A program made the translations under genes and the position numbers. The notes beneath the pieces are model-generated. The model ran no database searches and was not told the DNA's origin. It was given only the letters and a program-made list of their open reading frames with translations. Of a DNA stretch of 64,000 nucleotides, positions 1 through 13,714 are shown in pieces. Within the stretch, counting starts at the first letter, position 1; each line of letters begins with the position of its first letter. Source of the DNA: Lingula anatina (taxonomy: Eukaryota; Animalia; Brachiopoda). The DNA lies in the NCBI GenBank assembly GCA_051362555.1, contig CM120643.1:23998848-24062847 (forward strand). The letters are read 5' to 3'.

Positions 1-110
1 CGGTAGCCTACTACCCGCATAAGGTTGTGTTATTAAGTAATATCCTTTTTTATTGATGTATTGAGCATGACCGGTAATGTTAATTAAATAGTTATTTTTA
101 TTTAAAATCA

Positions 111-710
111 TTATTCAGTACCTCGTAAGAATCATAAAACTAGGTATAGTTAGATAATTTATTTGTTCATGTATAGATGCAATTTCTCAGCCAATGGAAT
201 AATGCATGTTTGGAAATCTTTTTGTAACAGTTTAAGAAATAAAATTTAAAGAAAGAAAACATTTTATAAATGAACAGTTTTTGTTCTTTTTTTACAAAAT
301 AGCACTTCTGAATTGTTTTACTTGAGTAGAAACACCATATTATTTCATCGCTCTGAAAATTCATTAAAAAGCAGCAAAACCAAATATTTTATTTAAACAA
401 AATAATTATTCAGTCCATAGTAAAAACCATGAAACCATGTAATACTTAGATAATTTATTTGTGCTATAACTTTCCTGAATATATAGCTGCAATTTCTCAG
501 CCAATGGATTACTGTAGGTATGGAAAACTTTTTGTAACAGTTTAAGAAATAAAAATTAAAGAAAGCAAACATTTTACAAATTAACAGTTTTTTGTTCCTT
601 TTTACAAAATAGTACTTATGAATTATTTTACTTGAATAGAACCACCACATTATGTCATCACTTTGAAAATTCTTTAAAAAGCAGAAAAACCAAATTATTT
701 GCTGTAAATA
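111..710. repeat. Diverged ~300-bp tandem duplication (2 copies)
   Basis: Blocks such as ttagataatttatttg, gcaatttctcagccaatgga and ttttgtaacagtttaagaaataaaa occur twice ~300 bp apart. This explains the similar ORFs 167..364 and 393..713. Confidence 0.85.
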
Positions 711-930
711 CAACTAGCAATTTATTTCATCCCACTAAAATACTTTACAAAATAGCATCATGGGTATTTTTTCATTACAGTTAAATATTATTAAAAACAG
801 CATAAACACATAAGTACTTTTTGTAAAGAATATAGCACCACCAAATTATTTCATTTTAGTGAAAACATTTTTTAAAATTGCACTTCAAAATTATGATTGC
901 AGCTAAAACCATCTCATACAGGGGTACTTT

Positions 931-1800
931 CTATAAACTGGTTGACACATACTTCCTATAGTGTTTTTCATTAAAAAAAGTTATCCTGGGCAAAATACAT
1001 GTAGAAAAATATCCAGCGTCAGAATGAATCAACCCCACAAACAGATCTTTGAATGTAAACACAACAAAATAGCAGAATGGGCGATTTGTAATGAACATCT
1101 GGCCTTCTAACTTAGTATAGTATTCGCAGGTTTTCTTTAGGCCCAGATTCGTGCACGAGATACACATTCCAAAAAGGGGAAATCGGGTCCGGATCCAACT
1201 GTCATGTGTCTGCAATGGTTTTGGACACAACAATTATTCATACAGTTTGTTCATATACTTCTTCTCTGTAGCTGACATTATCTCTCCAAATCTGGAAGCA
1301 GTGATCCGCCATTGTCTCTCCTTGTGTCAGATTGCGCTCTTTCCTTGTTGTAACTTGCTATGCTCAGTGTCCTTCGCTGTTTGTTCCTCAACCTGAAATA
1401 GTCATATCCCATTAAAGCATGGTAGATGGTTACAGCATTAAATAGTTAAGATACAATTTTATATTTCTATGATGTCACACATCACCTAGTTTGATAATTC
1501 TTTCTCATATTTGGGCCTGATTCTTAATATTAGACCTCTGTTTTCACTTACATCATTCCCTCTATCCATGCATTATTGTTTTCATGGCACTTGGCAATAT
1601 TTGTTGTCCATCACAGCCGCCTGTAAGTCAGCTTTAGGGTAGGCATAACTGGTGGCTACATCAATCTTTGCCGCTGATGTGAAGTGACGGGTAAGATTCC
1701 TGAAGTAATCATTTTATCCTGCTCTTGAAGTTGGCTGTCCTGGGGTCCTGAAATCGACAGTTTCAGGCTTTGCCCCCAATATATGGGCCTTCTTTGGGTA
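931..1800 (-). pseudogene. Degenerate YqaJ/lambda-exonuclease-family gene, transposon-derived
   Basis: The minus strand from the acceptor near 1395 reads ...I*HKERQWRITASRFGEIMS... and later LKKTCEYYTKLEGQMFITNRPFCYFVVFTFKDLFV. These match the W-x2-ER-x2-RITAS-x-FG and YY-x-Q-x-QGQM-x-IT-x4-C-x-FVV motifs of metazoan YqaJ-like nucleases. There are in-frame stops and the central catalytic segment (SPDG...EIKCP) is missing. Confidence 0.7.
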
Positions 1801-2218
1801 ACCTTATAAAGAAAAAAAAATAAGTACATTTACTAAGTATAAAAAATCTTCGTCTTTCGTGCTACTAAAACAAAATATGAGCGTAGGCCTACTCGTACCT
1901 ACAGTAGTCTACATGTACATAACATGTCAGATTTGACACACACACCTCGACTAATGTTCGATTTTTTTCAAGGAAAATAGTAAGCATTCTTGTTTTTCAA
2001 GCACTAAATGAAAAGAAAACACATACCTTTCAGTCAATTCACATTTTCATCCAGATGTTATGGCACCACATTCAAGTAAATTGCGTTTGAGTTGGTTCAC
2101 TGTCAGCGACGCGTGCACACGATCCATGTTAAACTCTGGTGTAAAGCCGTGAGCGAGATTCTGCGAGATTTAAGAAGGACTGCTTTCACCCCCACGCCAT
2201 CTAGCGGCAGACCCTTAA

Positions 2219-3030
2219 AGCGGGTATTCCCCATTAGGTCATGTTCTATCTGTTACAACGGACAAGTTGTAGAACAGCAGTAAGTTTTGATTTCATGTAT
2301 AAATAGAATAATGAGTTATCTGTTAGTCCTGAACACGCTTTACCCCAAAGACCTGTGAAGATGAAGATATTGTCAAAAATAGAAGGGGGGTGTTAAAAGC
2401 ATGTGGTTTGTAGGCCTGAGAAAAACGCTTGGTTTGTTACCATGGAAACGAAGAGAGTGAAAAAAGTGTATATCATCTTAACCCCTATCTTTAGGTTATA
2501 ATATATCACCAAACTAAATCATTTAGTGACACCTGTATAAACTTTAAGGCCAATCAATATAACCCTGTTTTTCAGAAGAATTTTTGGTTGATAATACCCC
2601 CAAATTGTCACTGGCCATATCTCTGTAAGTAGGGATTTTTTTCAGGAAATATTGTAGCCTCAGATATTGTTCATATAAAGGTTCAAACCCACCAAATATG
2701 ATGTAAATCCGTTCACCCCCACCTTGCCGCATTTTCTACATTTGGTTTGGTTTTCTCGTGGACACACACTTAATTATTCATGGTTCCAGCCTCCAGGAGA
2801 GTGAAACTTTTATACAAGCTTCTTCATGTGGGACGCTAAAATAATCAAACACAGTTAGCAATCTGTGCAGTAAATATTTTTAACTAGAGGATCAGAGAGG
2901 CAATACCGCCTCCGAATATTGTACCACCAGCTGGAATAAGTGCATTCGTATAGACCCCCCCCCACCACCACCAGTATTGTGCTTGACAAGCTGTAAAAAT
3001 GCAATCAACAAGAATTCTCAAAATATGCAA

Positions 3031-3104
<74 letters not shown>

Positions 3105-4810
3105 CTAAAAATGGTGCAATCAAAGTTCAGTTCATCGTAAGGTAGGTCCAAGGTTAATTTCAAGGTCACAGTAAATTTCCAGTATATGACTTCCTATTCA
3201 AGTTCAATAGTAACTATGGACCTATCTCTGCCAGTTTTGGAGTTTAAACGAAACCAAAATTTGTAAAGTTCGATTCGTGATGAAAAGTAGGTCAAAGGTC
3301 AATTTTAAGGTCACAGTAAATTGCCTCTAATGAATTTCTATTGAAATTCAATAGTAACTATGGGCGTATCTCTGCCAGTTTTAGAATTAAAAGCATTAAA
3401 AAAGTGCAAAGTTCAGTTCATGGTGTAAAGTAGGTCAAAGGCCAATGTCAAGGTCAGAGTAAGATTACAAGTATATGACTTCCTCTTCAACTTCAATAGT
3501 AACTATGGACCTATCTCTGCCAGGTTTGGAGTTAAAAGGGAAAGAAATTATCAAAGTTCAGTTCATGGTGATAAGTAGGTCAAAGGTCAATTTTAAGGTC
3601 ACAGTAAATTGCTTCTAATGACTTTCTATTCAAATTCAATAGTAACTATGGGCGTATTTTTGCCAGTTTTGGAGATAAAAGGAAACTAAAATTTGAAGTT
3701 AAGTTCATGGTAAAAAGTAGGTCAAAGGTCAAGTTTAAGGTCACAGTAAATTGCCTCTGTTGACTTCATATTCAAATTCAATAATAACTATGGACGTATC
3801 ATTGCCAGTCTTGGAGATAAAAGGGAACCAAAATTTGCAAAGTTCAATTCATGATAAAAAGTAGGTCAAAGGTCAATTTCAAGGTCACATTTAGATTGCC
3901 AGTATATTACTTTCTATTCAAGTTCAATAGTAACTATGGACCTATCTCTGATAGTTTTGGAGATAAAAGGAGACAAAATTTGCCAAGTTCAGTTCATGGT
4001 TAAACGTAGGTCAAAGGTCAATTTTAAGGTCACAGTAAATTGCCTCTAATGACTTTCTTTTCAAAATCAATAGTAACTATGGGCGTATCTCTACCAGTTT
4101 TGAAAATAAAAGCATTGAAAAGTTGCAAAGTTCAGTTTATGGTGTAAAGTAGGTCAAAGGTCAATGTCAAGGTCACAGTAAGATTACAAGTATATGACTT
4201 CCTATTCAACTTCAATAGTAACTATGGACCTATCTCTGCCAGTTTTGGAGTGAAAAGGGAAAGAAATTAGCAAAGTTCAGTTCATGGTGATAAGTAGGTC
4301 AAAAGTCAATTTTAAGGTCACAGTAAATTGCCTCTAATGACTTTCTATTCAAATTCAATAGTAACTATGGACGTATCATTGCCAGTTTTGGAGATAAAAG
4401 GAAACCAAAATTTGCAAAGTTCAACTCATGATTAAAAGTGGGTCAAAGGTCAATTTCAAGGTCACATTTAGATTGCCAGTATATGACTTCGAGCCTCGTG
4501 AACATATACTGTTTAAGTGCTTCTTTTATGGTCTAGCTTTTTGTAACCTGAGTGGCCACCGTATTCTGGACATTTTTCTAAGCACCCAACTTCCCCCATA
4601 TCTCCAACTTGGTGCCAAACTGTATTAGTCTATAAGATGTGACAGGAAAATATGTTAAGAAATGGACATGCTACCCCATTTTTTACGCATGTGAAATATT
4701 GGGAGTGTTATGTTCTCCAAATGTCCTAGAAAGATGAGAGTGAGTACTGCTATACAGCCAAGCCAGTCCCTTCAAAATCAAAAAAGGTCAAATTAGCCTT
4801 ATCACCGGCT
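2219..4810. mobile_element. Possible non-autonomous Kolobok-like element, interrupted by a Helitron-like satellite element
   Basis: TTAA|AGCGGGT at 2215-2225 and ACCGGCT|TTGA at 4804-4814 give imperfect RR...YY termini. Homology to the paralogous flank at ~18244 resumes at 4811. Confidence 0.4.
2884..4490 (-). mobile_element. Truncated Helitron/Helentron-like non-autonomous element with ~145-bp satellite array
   Basis: Carries the same 3' end as the copies at 35464 and 40466 (hairpin GAGGC-N-GCCTC followed by CTAG), the subterminal TTGTACCACCAGC, a (TA)n run and about 9-10 monomers containing AGGTCAAAGGTCA. The 5' part is missing. Confidence 0.8.
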
Positions 4811-4953
4811 TTGATTTCATGAATTTATGGTAGCGTAAACCGAAATTTTCTCACAAATTAATCAAAGTGCCGCGTACTTTTTTTTACACTCGAAAGTAAT
4901 CCGGACAGCTTCACACTGTATTTGGAGACACGACAAAAAAGTATATCATTTAA

Positions 4954-7082
4954 GGCCGGTGATAGGGTTAAATACGCTTAAAATCATGTTTTTGAGTTTT
5001 TTGTGTGTTTATATTAATCAAAAAAGTATCTAACGTTGGATGTAATAACTTTTATGAATTTGCATCGCAAAATGTGTCTTTTGATGAGTTTTTCAACCGG
5101 CACGCGCCCCAGTCAGGCTGACAACTAAGCCACGCCTCTGTTACTAAGGGCCGTTGCCATGAGGGGGTCGGAGCACAGTTAATGAGTTATAAGCCGATTA
5201 CGTGTGCGGTAATAGGTCATAAGTCTTACATCAGCTTAGCAGCGAAGAAGTCTAGCTAGTATACTATGGGGAAGAGAAAAGTTCGTGTTAAAAGTCCATT
5301 TCCAGAGGAAAGAAAGAAAATTTTGAAAGAGAGTAGGGCCTATGCGTGGCGGTTGGGGAAAACCGGCCCTATTTGTTCAGTCGGATAACTGATTTCTGTA
5401 TACCTAATAAATGGGTGAAAGAGTTCGAATCACCTAAATTAATTGACAAATGAAAGGAAAATCGATAAATAAATTTTAAAAAAATGCTAAAAAGGATACT
5501 TTTAGCCTAGCTCTTAATTTTTGCGATATATATCGGCGAGCGTATCTGCGACCCGTTACGAAACCGGAAATGATTGTTGGTCGCCGTTTGCAAAAGGTAA
5601 ACTTAATGTTGACAAAATAAAATTTTATTCTCCAAGATATGATATCATGGAGCTTGAGAGACACGCGAAAAATTGTGATGTGAATGGCCAAACGAGAGAA
5701 ATCCAAGCAAGGGTTGACAGCATGATTAAAACAATAAAAATAAAATCACATGTTAGCGGCTTTGCATTTTACGATGTTTGGAGAAAAACAATTTCAAAAT
5801 CACGGATCAAGCGGGAAGAAAGAGTTCAAAATGTATCCAAAAATGAAAATCACAAAAAGACACCGAAAATAGTCAAGACTAGCAGGTAAAAAGTAAATAG
5901 GGTCTAAGTGTCATGTGTGTAAAAATAAAATATTTATTCAAAAGCCTTCTCTCAGCCACTTTTACCGCTGAATCTTGTGCAGCTGAGAGTCTCCCCTTTA
6001 TCTTAGCTGGCATTTGAGAGAGACCGCTCTGAAGTAATCACTGGATTTTTCCGTTGATCTGACGATTACCAAGTGCCGTGCAAAATAATCCTGCAGCGTT
6101 ACCCGTCAAAAAACTCTTATTAACACAAGTGACGGCCACTTGCTCTCGACAGACAGTTTTATCACTTTGTCGATAACAAAGAAGGAATCTCTCAGGTAAA
6201 ATTACTCGTTTGCCGAGGAAGAGCCATTGAAACTTTTAAATGCATTTTCACACCTCTTAATTGCGGTTAAACGTAATCGCCTTTGTTAGCGCTTCCTTCT
6301 ACATATCCTTGACACCCTACTGGGCATCACTAGGCTAGGGCCCTCTCCAGAGCTGTCAATCAAAATGGCGGCACGCTTACATGCCTAACGAGTGGTCGGA
6401 AAATGTAACAAAAGCACGATTTTCTGCCCCTTCAAAGCACCCAAACAAAATATTTTTAGATGACAATAAGCAATGGTTCCATCTGATCGTATAACCCATA
6501 ACAGGTAAATTTGCCAGCTAAGCATTTGACTAATAAGCCCTGTTAACTAACCTGTGAACGTTTTTGGCTGTTTTAACAGCTTTCTATATTGACGAGATTA
6601 GTGAATCGCTGCCAAGTATATCTCACTATCTGAGCAACCGATCGTTACAAAAGTTGCACCTATTGTTGTTAGGAATGTGGACTACAGCATGATATCAGGG
6701 GTTTAAGAGGAAATTGTTTGTTTGAAAGTTATCGCCTTTTGAAGTGAATAACCCATTGAAATATGGGCTGATTTAACGTAAAAGATGATAAAATCAAAAG
6801 TAAATAGTTTAAGACAATTCCCTGGTACCGCGCTGTAGTGCTTTCACCCAGCTTTATGAGGCCTTTTGAATCACTTGAATAGCTGTCTTGGTTATAGAGA
6901 AAATCCCAATACCGAAAACGGCATTTTTCCCCCCAAATTGGCGCCAGAGCGTCATCCGTTGGACACTGTACTTAATCCCCGTCTTTAATTGGCCTTTTGG
7001 GAAGTTTGTTTTAATTTTTTATAAAAACTTATAAGCCCAGGGCTTTGTTTCTATGACTTTGGTCCTTTTACTATTAGTGGCC
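4954..7082. mobile_element. Non-autonomous Kolobok-like DNA transposon (TTAA target duplication)
   Basis: TTAA|GGCCGGTGATAG ... CTATTAGTGGCC|TTAA, with 9/12 TIR match and RR...YY ends. The two flanks are nearly contiguous in the paralogous region 18240-18480, which acts as an empty site. Confidence 0.7.
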
Positions 7083-7651
7083 TTAAATTCATTTGAATGA
7101 AAAAAGAAAGCCACTTGGTATTCATACAAACTGTGCAAATGTCAAAAGGGTAAGAATTGCAAAAAGTTCCCGCCAAAGCGTTTTCCTCATAACATTAGCG
7201 AAAGACTATTAAGAAAACAACCAAAATAGCTCTAAGATTTTATTTCAGATGTTAGGCAATTTGCACTTTGAAATTTATAGTAAGAATCTAACCATTTCTA
7301 CATCAATATTTTTCAAATAATTAAAACGACAATACTTGAAAGGAAAATTAATGAACAAAGAGAATAATAAACCGTGTACGTGTGCGTGAGTGTGATTGTG
7401 TGTTTGCATGCATGTGTGCCTGTTTGTGGCAATCTTCCTTTCGCTATCTACCATGGTTGTTCTCAGAACTCGGGTTCACTCAAACTAATTCCGAAATATT
7501 TGATTGTTTTTGAAACCCGAAATATGAAACTGTCAAACCTAATCGTTTTTCATTAAAGTTGTGTCTGAATATATGCACTTGAAATTTTGTCATCAGTGTG
7601 CTCCTTTCTCTCTCTTTCTCATTGCTGTCATCAAAACATGGGTCGACTCGT

Positions 7652-8650
7652 TCATTCTTCATCATCATCACCATCATTTTCATCATCAACACTGTTGTCA
7701 TCGTTGTCAGCCTCCAATCGTACCAACTTTTGAAGGAGCTAAAATGTCGATAACATTTGCCTGTGTAATCGCTTTTATATTGTGCAGAACGCTACTGCTG
7801 CAGTGCTTCTTATGAAAAAATTATAATTTCGATCTACACATTCCACCCCACAATGTTTACTAAAAATAGAAATTACAGTGATTTATGCACACAGATTTTA
7901 GAAATACAGTCACACTAAAATGATTATACTTTAAAATGACATGAAATGATTATTTTGCAGACAGTAAAAACAATTTATTGTTAAATTTTCTTTGCAGTAT
8001 CATTTGAAAAATTGTCACCAGAATGACTTCAGTAAACACAAAAGAGATGGAATGTTGTGTTTTAAGAAATAGTATGAAACGAATAACATACGATCATTTC
8101 AGGAAAAATACATCAAAAAGCTTCAGTTATGCTCCGCTGATGATTTAATGATGACAACTGCTCAGATCAACCAAATACCGGTTTAGAAGTGATCGAATAA
8201 TGCTCCGTGTGAAAGTTCTTACCTCGTCGCTGGCTCTCTCTTCCGCTTCTTGACCGTCTTCTACTGCAGTGCTATCGCCAAAACGGCGACGACGGCGACT
8301 AAGGAATCGGCGGCGTCTGCGGCGGCGACGCGAATTACCTAAAAGTCGTATTAACAAAAAACTTTCTCTTCAGTAATATGAATGTGCTCTCAACTGCTTT
8401 GCCAAAAATATCTTCCCATGTCTATAACAATATTTATATATTATTCATTAGTACATGAAATTATGTTTATGACAAAACTAGTAAATTTTCGTAAGGAATG
8501 ATTAAACAAACAACTCAATGAAGACTAAGAAACTAAATCAAGACAATTCTATTCATCAATTTAGCCCACATGCTTACCTTCTGATTCCTCAAACATCTCC
8601 ACTAAGAGCATAATGGCCAAAAGCACGGCGAACCACTTCAGCTTGTTCAT
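7652..8650 (-). CDS. Secreted Arg-rich peptide precursor 1 (91 aa; signal / poly-Arg / acidic tail)
   Basis: Exons 8650-8578, 8338-8223 and 7738-7652; GT-AG introns of phase 1 and 0; open frame: MNKLKWFAVLLAIMLLVEMFEESEG-NSRRRRRRRRFLSRRRRRFG-DSTAVEDGQEAEERASDE-LLQKLVRLEADNDDNSVDDENDGDDDEE*. Exon structure is identical to two paralogues in the window. Confidence 0.88.
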
Positions 8651-8689
8651 AGTGAATGTTGGTGTAGTTACGGGATAGCAGGAGTCTTT

Positions 8690-8840
8690 TCAACGGCCAC
8701 GCACAAACTGAAGGCGAAAACGCCCAACTCTCAGTTTTGTAGCCCTGAAAATGTCAAAGTTCCCAAGACATGCGCAATAAGTGTAATCTACAAAATAAAT
8801 TTACTAATGCTGAACGTGATTGTGCTGAAAGAAGGCATGA
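8690..8840 (-). promoter_or_regulatory. Proximal promoter block of peptide gene 1
   Basis: Shares AGTTGGGCGTTTTCGCC-T-CAGTTTG and TGCGCATGTC with the upstream regions of genes 2 and 3. Confidence 0.55.
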
Positions 8841-10037
8841 CGTTGTTGCCTAGGTTTTTCGAAGTTAGCTACCTATCATTGAAGCTTTGCACGTCGAATC
8901 ATTATTATGCAAAACAGGCAAATAATTTCTGTCACCAGTTAAAGAAATATTTGACAAGAACATGCTTTTGCAAAAAATATGCATAAAACTTTTTATTATT
9001 ATTATTATTGTTATTGAACAGCAACTGCCAGGGCGTTTAATAACAAAAAGACAAAAATAAAGGGCAGTTATCCGTAGAGTGCATATATAAATATATATAT
9101 TATTTTTGCTATAAACTCTTCTTTTGAGAAATAAAAACCAACTCAAACAAGTCTTGACCAAGGAAATATATGGTTTGGATCTTGATTAAGTATAAGCATT
9201 TTGGTTCTCAGAATTATTTTGGATATTTGCTATGATATAATTTGTAATGCATGTAGGCCCTGCTGCCTATAATAACAGTTTGTGTGTGGAATTTCTCTAT
9301 TCCGAATTTCTTTTGGCATTGAAGTGGGAATGAAAGAAAAGTACCTTTCACGGAAGGGTCAAATATGTCTCGTCGTGCGAAACCAGCAAAACATACCCTA
9401 AGTGTCGACCAGTGAACTTGTCAACTCCCCCAGCCCCGTACGGTTGCTGTAACTGCATGCATGCGGTTTATTTCTTGCTTACACCAGTGACACATGCTGA
9501 ATCGCATATAAGCGGTCACTGCAGGCGTTTATTTTGTTTTAAGTAGGGATTCGTAAAAAGAGACCAATGGAGAAAGTCTGTATATATATATCTCTTGTAA
9601 AGCTTTTGGTATTTCAACGTTCTGATCTTAAGGACCATAAACCTCATCCAATAAAGGTTCATCTAAAGTATATCTAGTGTCATTATCATTTCAGCCCTCC
9701 TGGTTGGCATTGTCAGCTCACAACGTCTGCATTATACACAGCACAGAGCTGCGACACCAGCCGTTCACTCTATAGTTATTGATGAAAGGACTTTTTTTCA
9801 CATTCACACGAAAACATTCATTCGACTCCGTAATGCTTCATATTTTAATAAATAAGCATCTTATTGTTATAATACTGGGCTCCTGGTATTAACGCACTGC
9901 ACGACCCCCTTGTTCTTTGTGGGTCAATTCCCCATTTTCATCAAAGCACAATGGGGTCACCAGTGGAACAAACTATACACATGTTGGATCGGTATTTTTG
10001 TTTCTGTGCAGTCACATCTAGTGAGAGCAATATTTAA

Positions 10038-10074
<37 letters not shown>

Positions 10075-10107
10075 TCGTTTTAATTAATTGCAAAACAAAC
10101 CCAATCT

Positions 10108-10620
10108 ATGCTCCACTGTTGATATGACAGTAGCAACATCCTGTTATTAAATAAGATCGACTTACAACTATGGTATCTGTTATAACTCCTTTGGTATCTC
10201 CTGCAAAAGCTCTTACACCATCTTAGGTTCGCCCAACTCCAGAGAAACTCAAAATATATCAAAGTTCACAGGACATGGGCTGTTACTGCCTTTTGGATAA
10301 AAATTGTTTTCAGTGATGCTGCACGTGATTATGATGAAATTAAGTGGGCGTGTCGGTGCCACAGGTTTTCTGAACAACTTTACGACACCTTATATTTTTT
10401 ACAACTTGGGGCGTCGATATTAGGAATATAATCACCAAATATTTCTTTGGGCTACACTTTGTTAGATTTGCGTGTCAAAAACATATTTTAACTAAAAATG
10501 TTTCTGCCATTTTTAGCAGACCGAAGCATCTGCGCATGTCTTGGCAACAAAAAGATAAAATAACCAGTTATTTAAAGTAGAATTGTACCCATTCTACCAA
10601 AGTGATTTATAAAAGCACAT
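10108..10620 (-). pseudogene. Peptide-gene remnant A (promoter fused to intron-2 fragment)
   Basis: The promoter block (cgcccaact, aaagttcacaggacatg, tgcacgtga, aagtgggcgtgtc) abuts the exon-2 donor remnant GTAAGAGC and intron-2-like sequence. Coding exons are absent. Confidence 0.7.
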
Positions 10621-10730
10621 TGAGGTCACCAGTGGAACAAATGATACACATGCATTATACACACTATTTTTTACTTCTGTGCAGTCACATCTTCTTTGTG
10701 GGATCATGAAGCTGTATATGCGTGCACCTG

Positions 10731-10766
<36 letters not shown>

Positions 10767-12935
10767 GAGAACTGTTTAGAGTCTTTGAAACTAGGATTGA
10801 CTGCCAAGGCGATCGAACTGTTTGTGATTATGATTGGCAACCAGTAAACTTTCCAATACGTTCTAAACAAGTAACACATTGTTGACCAAAACTGCGATCT
10901 ACATTCTTTGCCCCAAAACATAATTAACAAAACAGCTCATTGTTTTGAGGCTATATCCTCAATATTTATATATACCTGATTACATGTACATGTAGACATG
11001 TAATCAGGTTCGCCTTACACAACGTTAACAACTAGTAAAATATCAGTAAAACAAACCCCTCATTCATGAAGATTATTTAAGATTATTTATTCACGACGAT
11101 AAGCGCACCTGATGTGAAGTATTATGCCTCCTTCGTCTGCATGCTCACATGATACAATTACAAATCACAACGGGCATGATTCAGCTAGATGCCGCCGTGT
11201 TGACTTCTTTTGATTACTGAAAAGCTTGCTCTCCATCATGGTGATCTCACCCGGTATCTAACCTTAGAGGATAGATATAGTCTTTGCTATTTTTGCTTTA
11301 AAAAGTTTATTTTGAAAAATAAAAGCCAACACAAGCAGTTATTGGGGATATAAGGTTAGGATCTTCGATAAGTATAAAATATTAGGGGTAAGTTGCGACT
11401 GATCATTACCTCACAGCGAACCATGCCTTACACCCACTGCACTATGACAATTTAAAATATTTACTTTACATGCTACACTACACTTGGCTAACAAAGTTAA
11501 AGGAACTTTTGAACATCCCCCCAGCCATATCTTTCCGGTAAAAATTCTTACATTTCCTAATTCAGATCTCAAAGATAAAACCTTTCCAGTGATGAAAGTT
11601 TATCTGAAGCGTGACAAGAGTCTTTATTTTCTCAGCCGCCTGCATACCATACCAGTGTCCATTCATTCAGAAACATCTTGCTTGGTTTGGCAGTGCGCTG
11701 GGGAGCAACCGAGTGTAACGTACGCTATTGACAGTGCTGTATATTCAATCCCGTCGTGGTCATCTCACTACTTAAGGTCTGTGGTATTCTCATGCCCTCA
11801 CGAGTAATGTGTCAAAATATTCGAATTCACGCCTTTTACAATCCTTTAATCAAGTGTGGAAAGCTGCACGTAGACTGCAATGACAAAATGTCAAAAAGTC
11901 CTCTGAGAATGCCCTTCAGATTCAGACATCAAAGAAGCAAACCTACGAAAGATTCAGTTTGTGAATGCCTGGTTGTGCAGGTTTTAATTTCTAAATTCGT
12001 GATGCTGATTTTGAAGCCAAGTAACTTTTTTCACAAAGAGTTTTGTAGTGTAGCACAAAAAAAACCAATTTTGATCCTGGCAAAGTACAATGAGTGTAAG
12101 ACAAGGTCCACTGTGGCATATGTAATGTTGATAGGTCACAATTTACCCTGGTGCTGCTTCTTATTACCTCGTTTAAATCGATGCCTTTGATTGCCCTTTT
12201 CTTAAATATGAATAAATATTTTCCTTGGATAAAAGCAATTTGTTTTTCAGAATGTGAGATGGAAAATAAAATGAAAATAAACGCAATGAAAGCACATTGA
12301 TATCGTTAATTTTAAAACTTGATTTTAAAATTTGATTTGTTAAAGATTCGCATGAACTTGACCAGAATGTTTCCATTGTAGTTGCTGGGGCAAAAACATT
12401 GCTATGAGCCTCTCTCACAAAAATCAGACGGCCCATAGAAAGTAAAAATATCTTTGATGCCATCCCCTTGTAGGCATTGTGCTCATGATCGCTACCATAG
12501 GCTACTATTAGCTGTTACACATTAATCCTATTTTGTACATGCTAGGTGATCTCTGGGAGAGAGTAAAGTTGGCAAAATTGTTTCGGAGAAAGGATTCTAG
12601 CTCCTATTGTCACGTACTGGGGTATGCATATCGATACTATCATGACAAATTAAATGTCAAACCTATCGCTGCATGTATTCTAAGCGGTACAAAAGATCAA
12701 ACGGATGGCCGGAGCTGGTGATTCAGTAGTGCAGTACCAGTGAGTTCTCCATTTATGTGCTCTTATTGGCGCAGTAATTGTCCGGTGAAACGTGACAGAG
12801 AGCAACTCCCCCCTTATTGGCGCAGTAATTGTCTGGTGAAACGTGACAGAGAGCAACCCACCCCCCCCAAACTATACACATGTTGGATCGGTATTTTTGT
12901 TTCTGTGCAGTCATATCTAGTGAGAGCAATATTTA

Positions 12936-13012
<77 letters not shown>

Positions 13013-13048
13013 GATATCGTTTTAATTAATTGCAAAACAAACCCAATC

Positions 13049-13560
13049 TATGCTCCACTGTTGATATGACAGTAGCAACATCCTGTTATTAAATAAGATC
13101 GACTTACAACTATGGTATCTGTTATAACTCCTTGGTATCTCCTGCAAAAGCTCTTACACCATCTTAGGTTCGCCCAACTCCAGAGAAACTCAAAATATAT
13201 CAAAGTTCACAGGACATGCGCTGTTACTGCCTTTTGGATAAAAATTGTTTTCAGTGATGCTGCACGTGATTAAGATGAAATTAAGTGGGCGTGTCGGTGC
13301 CACAGGTTTTCTGAACAACTTTACGACACCTTATATTTTTTACAACTTGGGGCGTCGATATTAGGAATATAATCACCAAATATTTCTTTGGGCTACACTT
13401 TGTTAGATTTGCGTGTCAAAAACATATTTTAACTAAAAATGTTTCTGCCATTTTTAGCAGACCGAAGCATCTGCGCATGTCTTGGTAACAAAAAGATAAA
13501 ATAACCAGTTATTTAAAGTAGAATTGTACCCATTCTACCAAAGTGATTTATAAAAGCACA
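13049..13560 (-). pseudogene. Peptide-gene remnant B (copy of remnant A)
   Basis: Same sequence as remnant A, lying in the second unit of the tandem duplication. Confidence 0.7.
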
Positions 13561-13681
13561 TTGAGGCCACCAGTGGAACAAATCATACACATGCATTATA
13601 CACACTATTTTTTACTTCTGTGCAGTCACATCTTCTTTGTGGGATCATGAAGCTGTATATGCGTGCACCTGGAGAGAGAGC

Positions 13682-13714
<33 letters not shown>

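Noticed and set aside
5476-5889. ORFs inside the TTAA-flanked element
   Set aside because: No recognisable transposase or other domain; non-ATG starts.
8145-8357. Single-exon protamine-like ORFs (also 23131..23469 and 29455..29727)
   Set aside because: These are exon 2 plus intron read-through. Conserved splice sites join them to a signal-peptide exon and an acidic exon, which argues against nuclear protamines.
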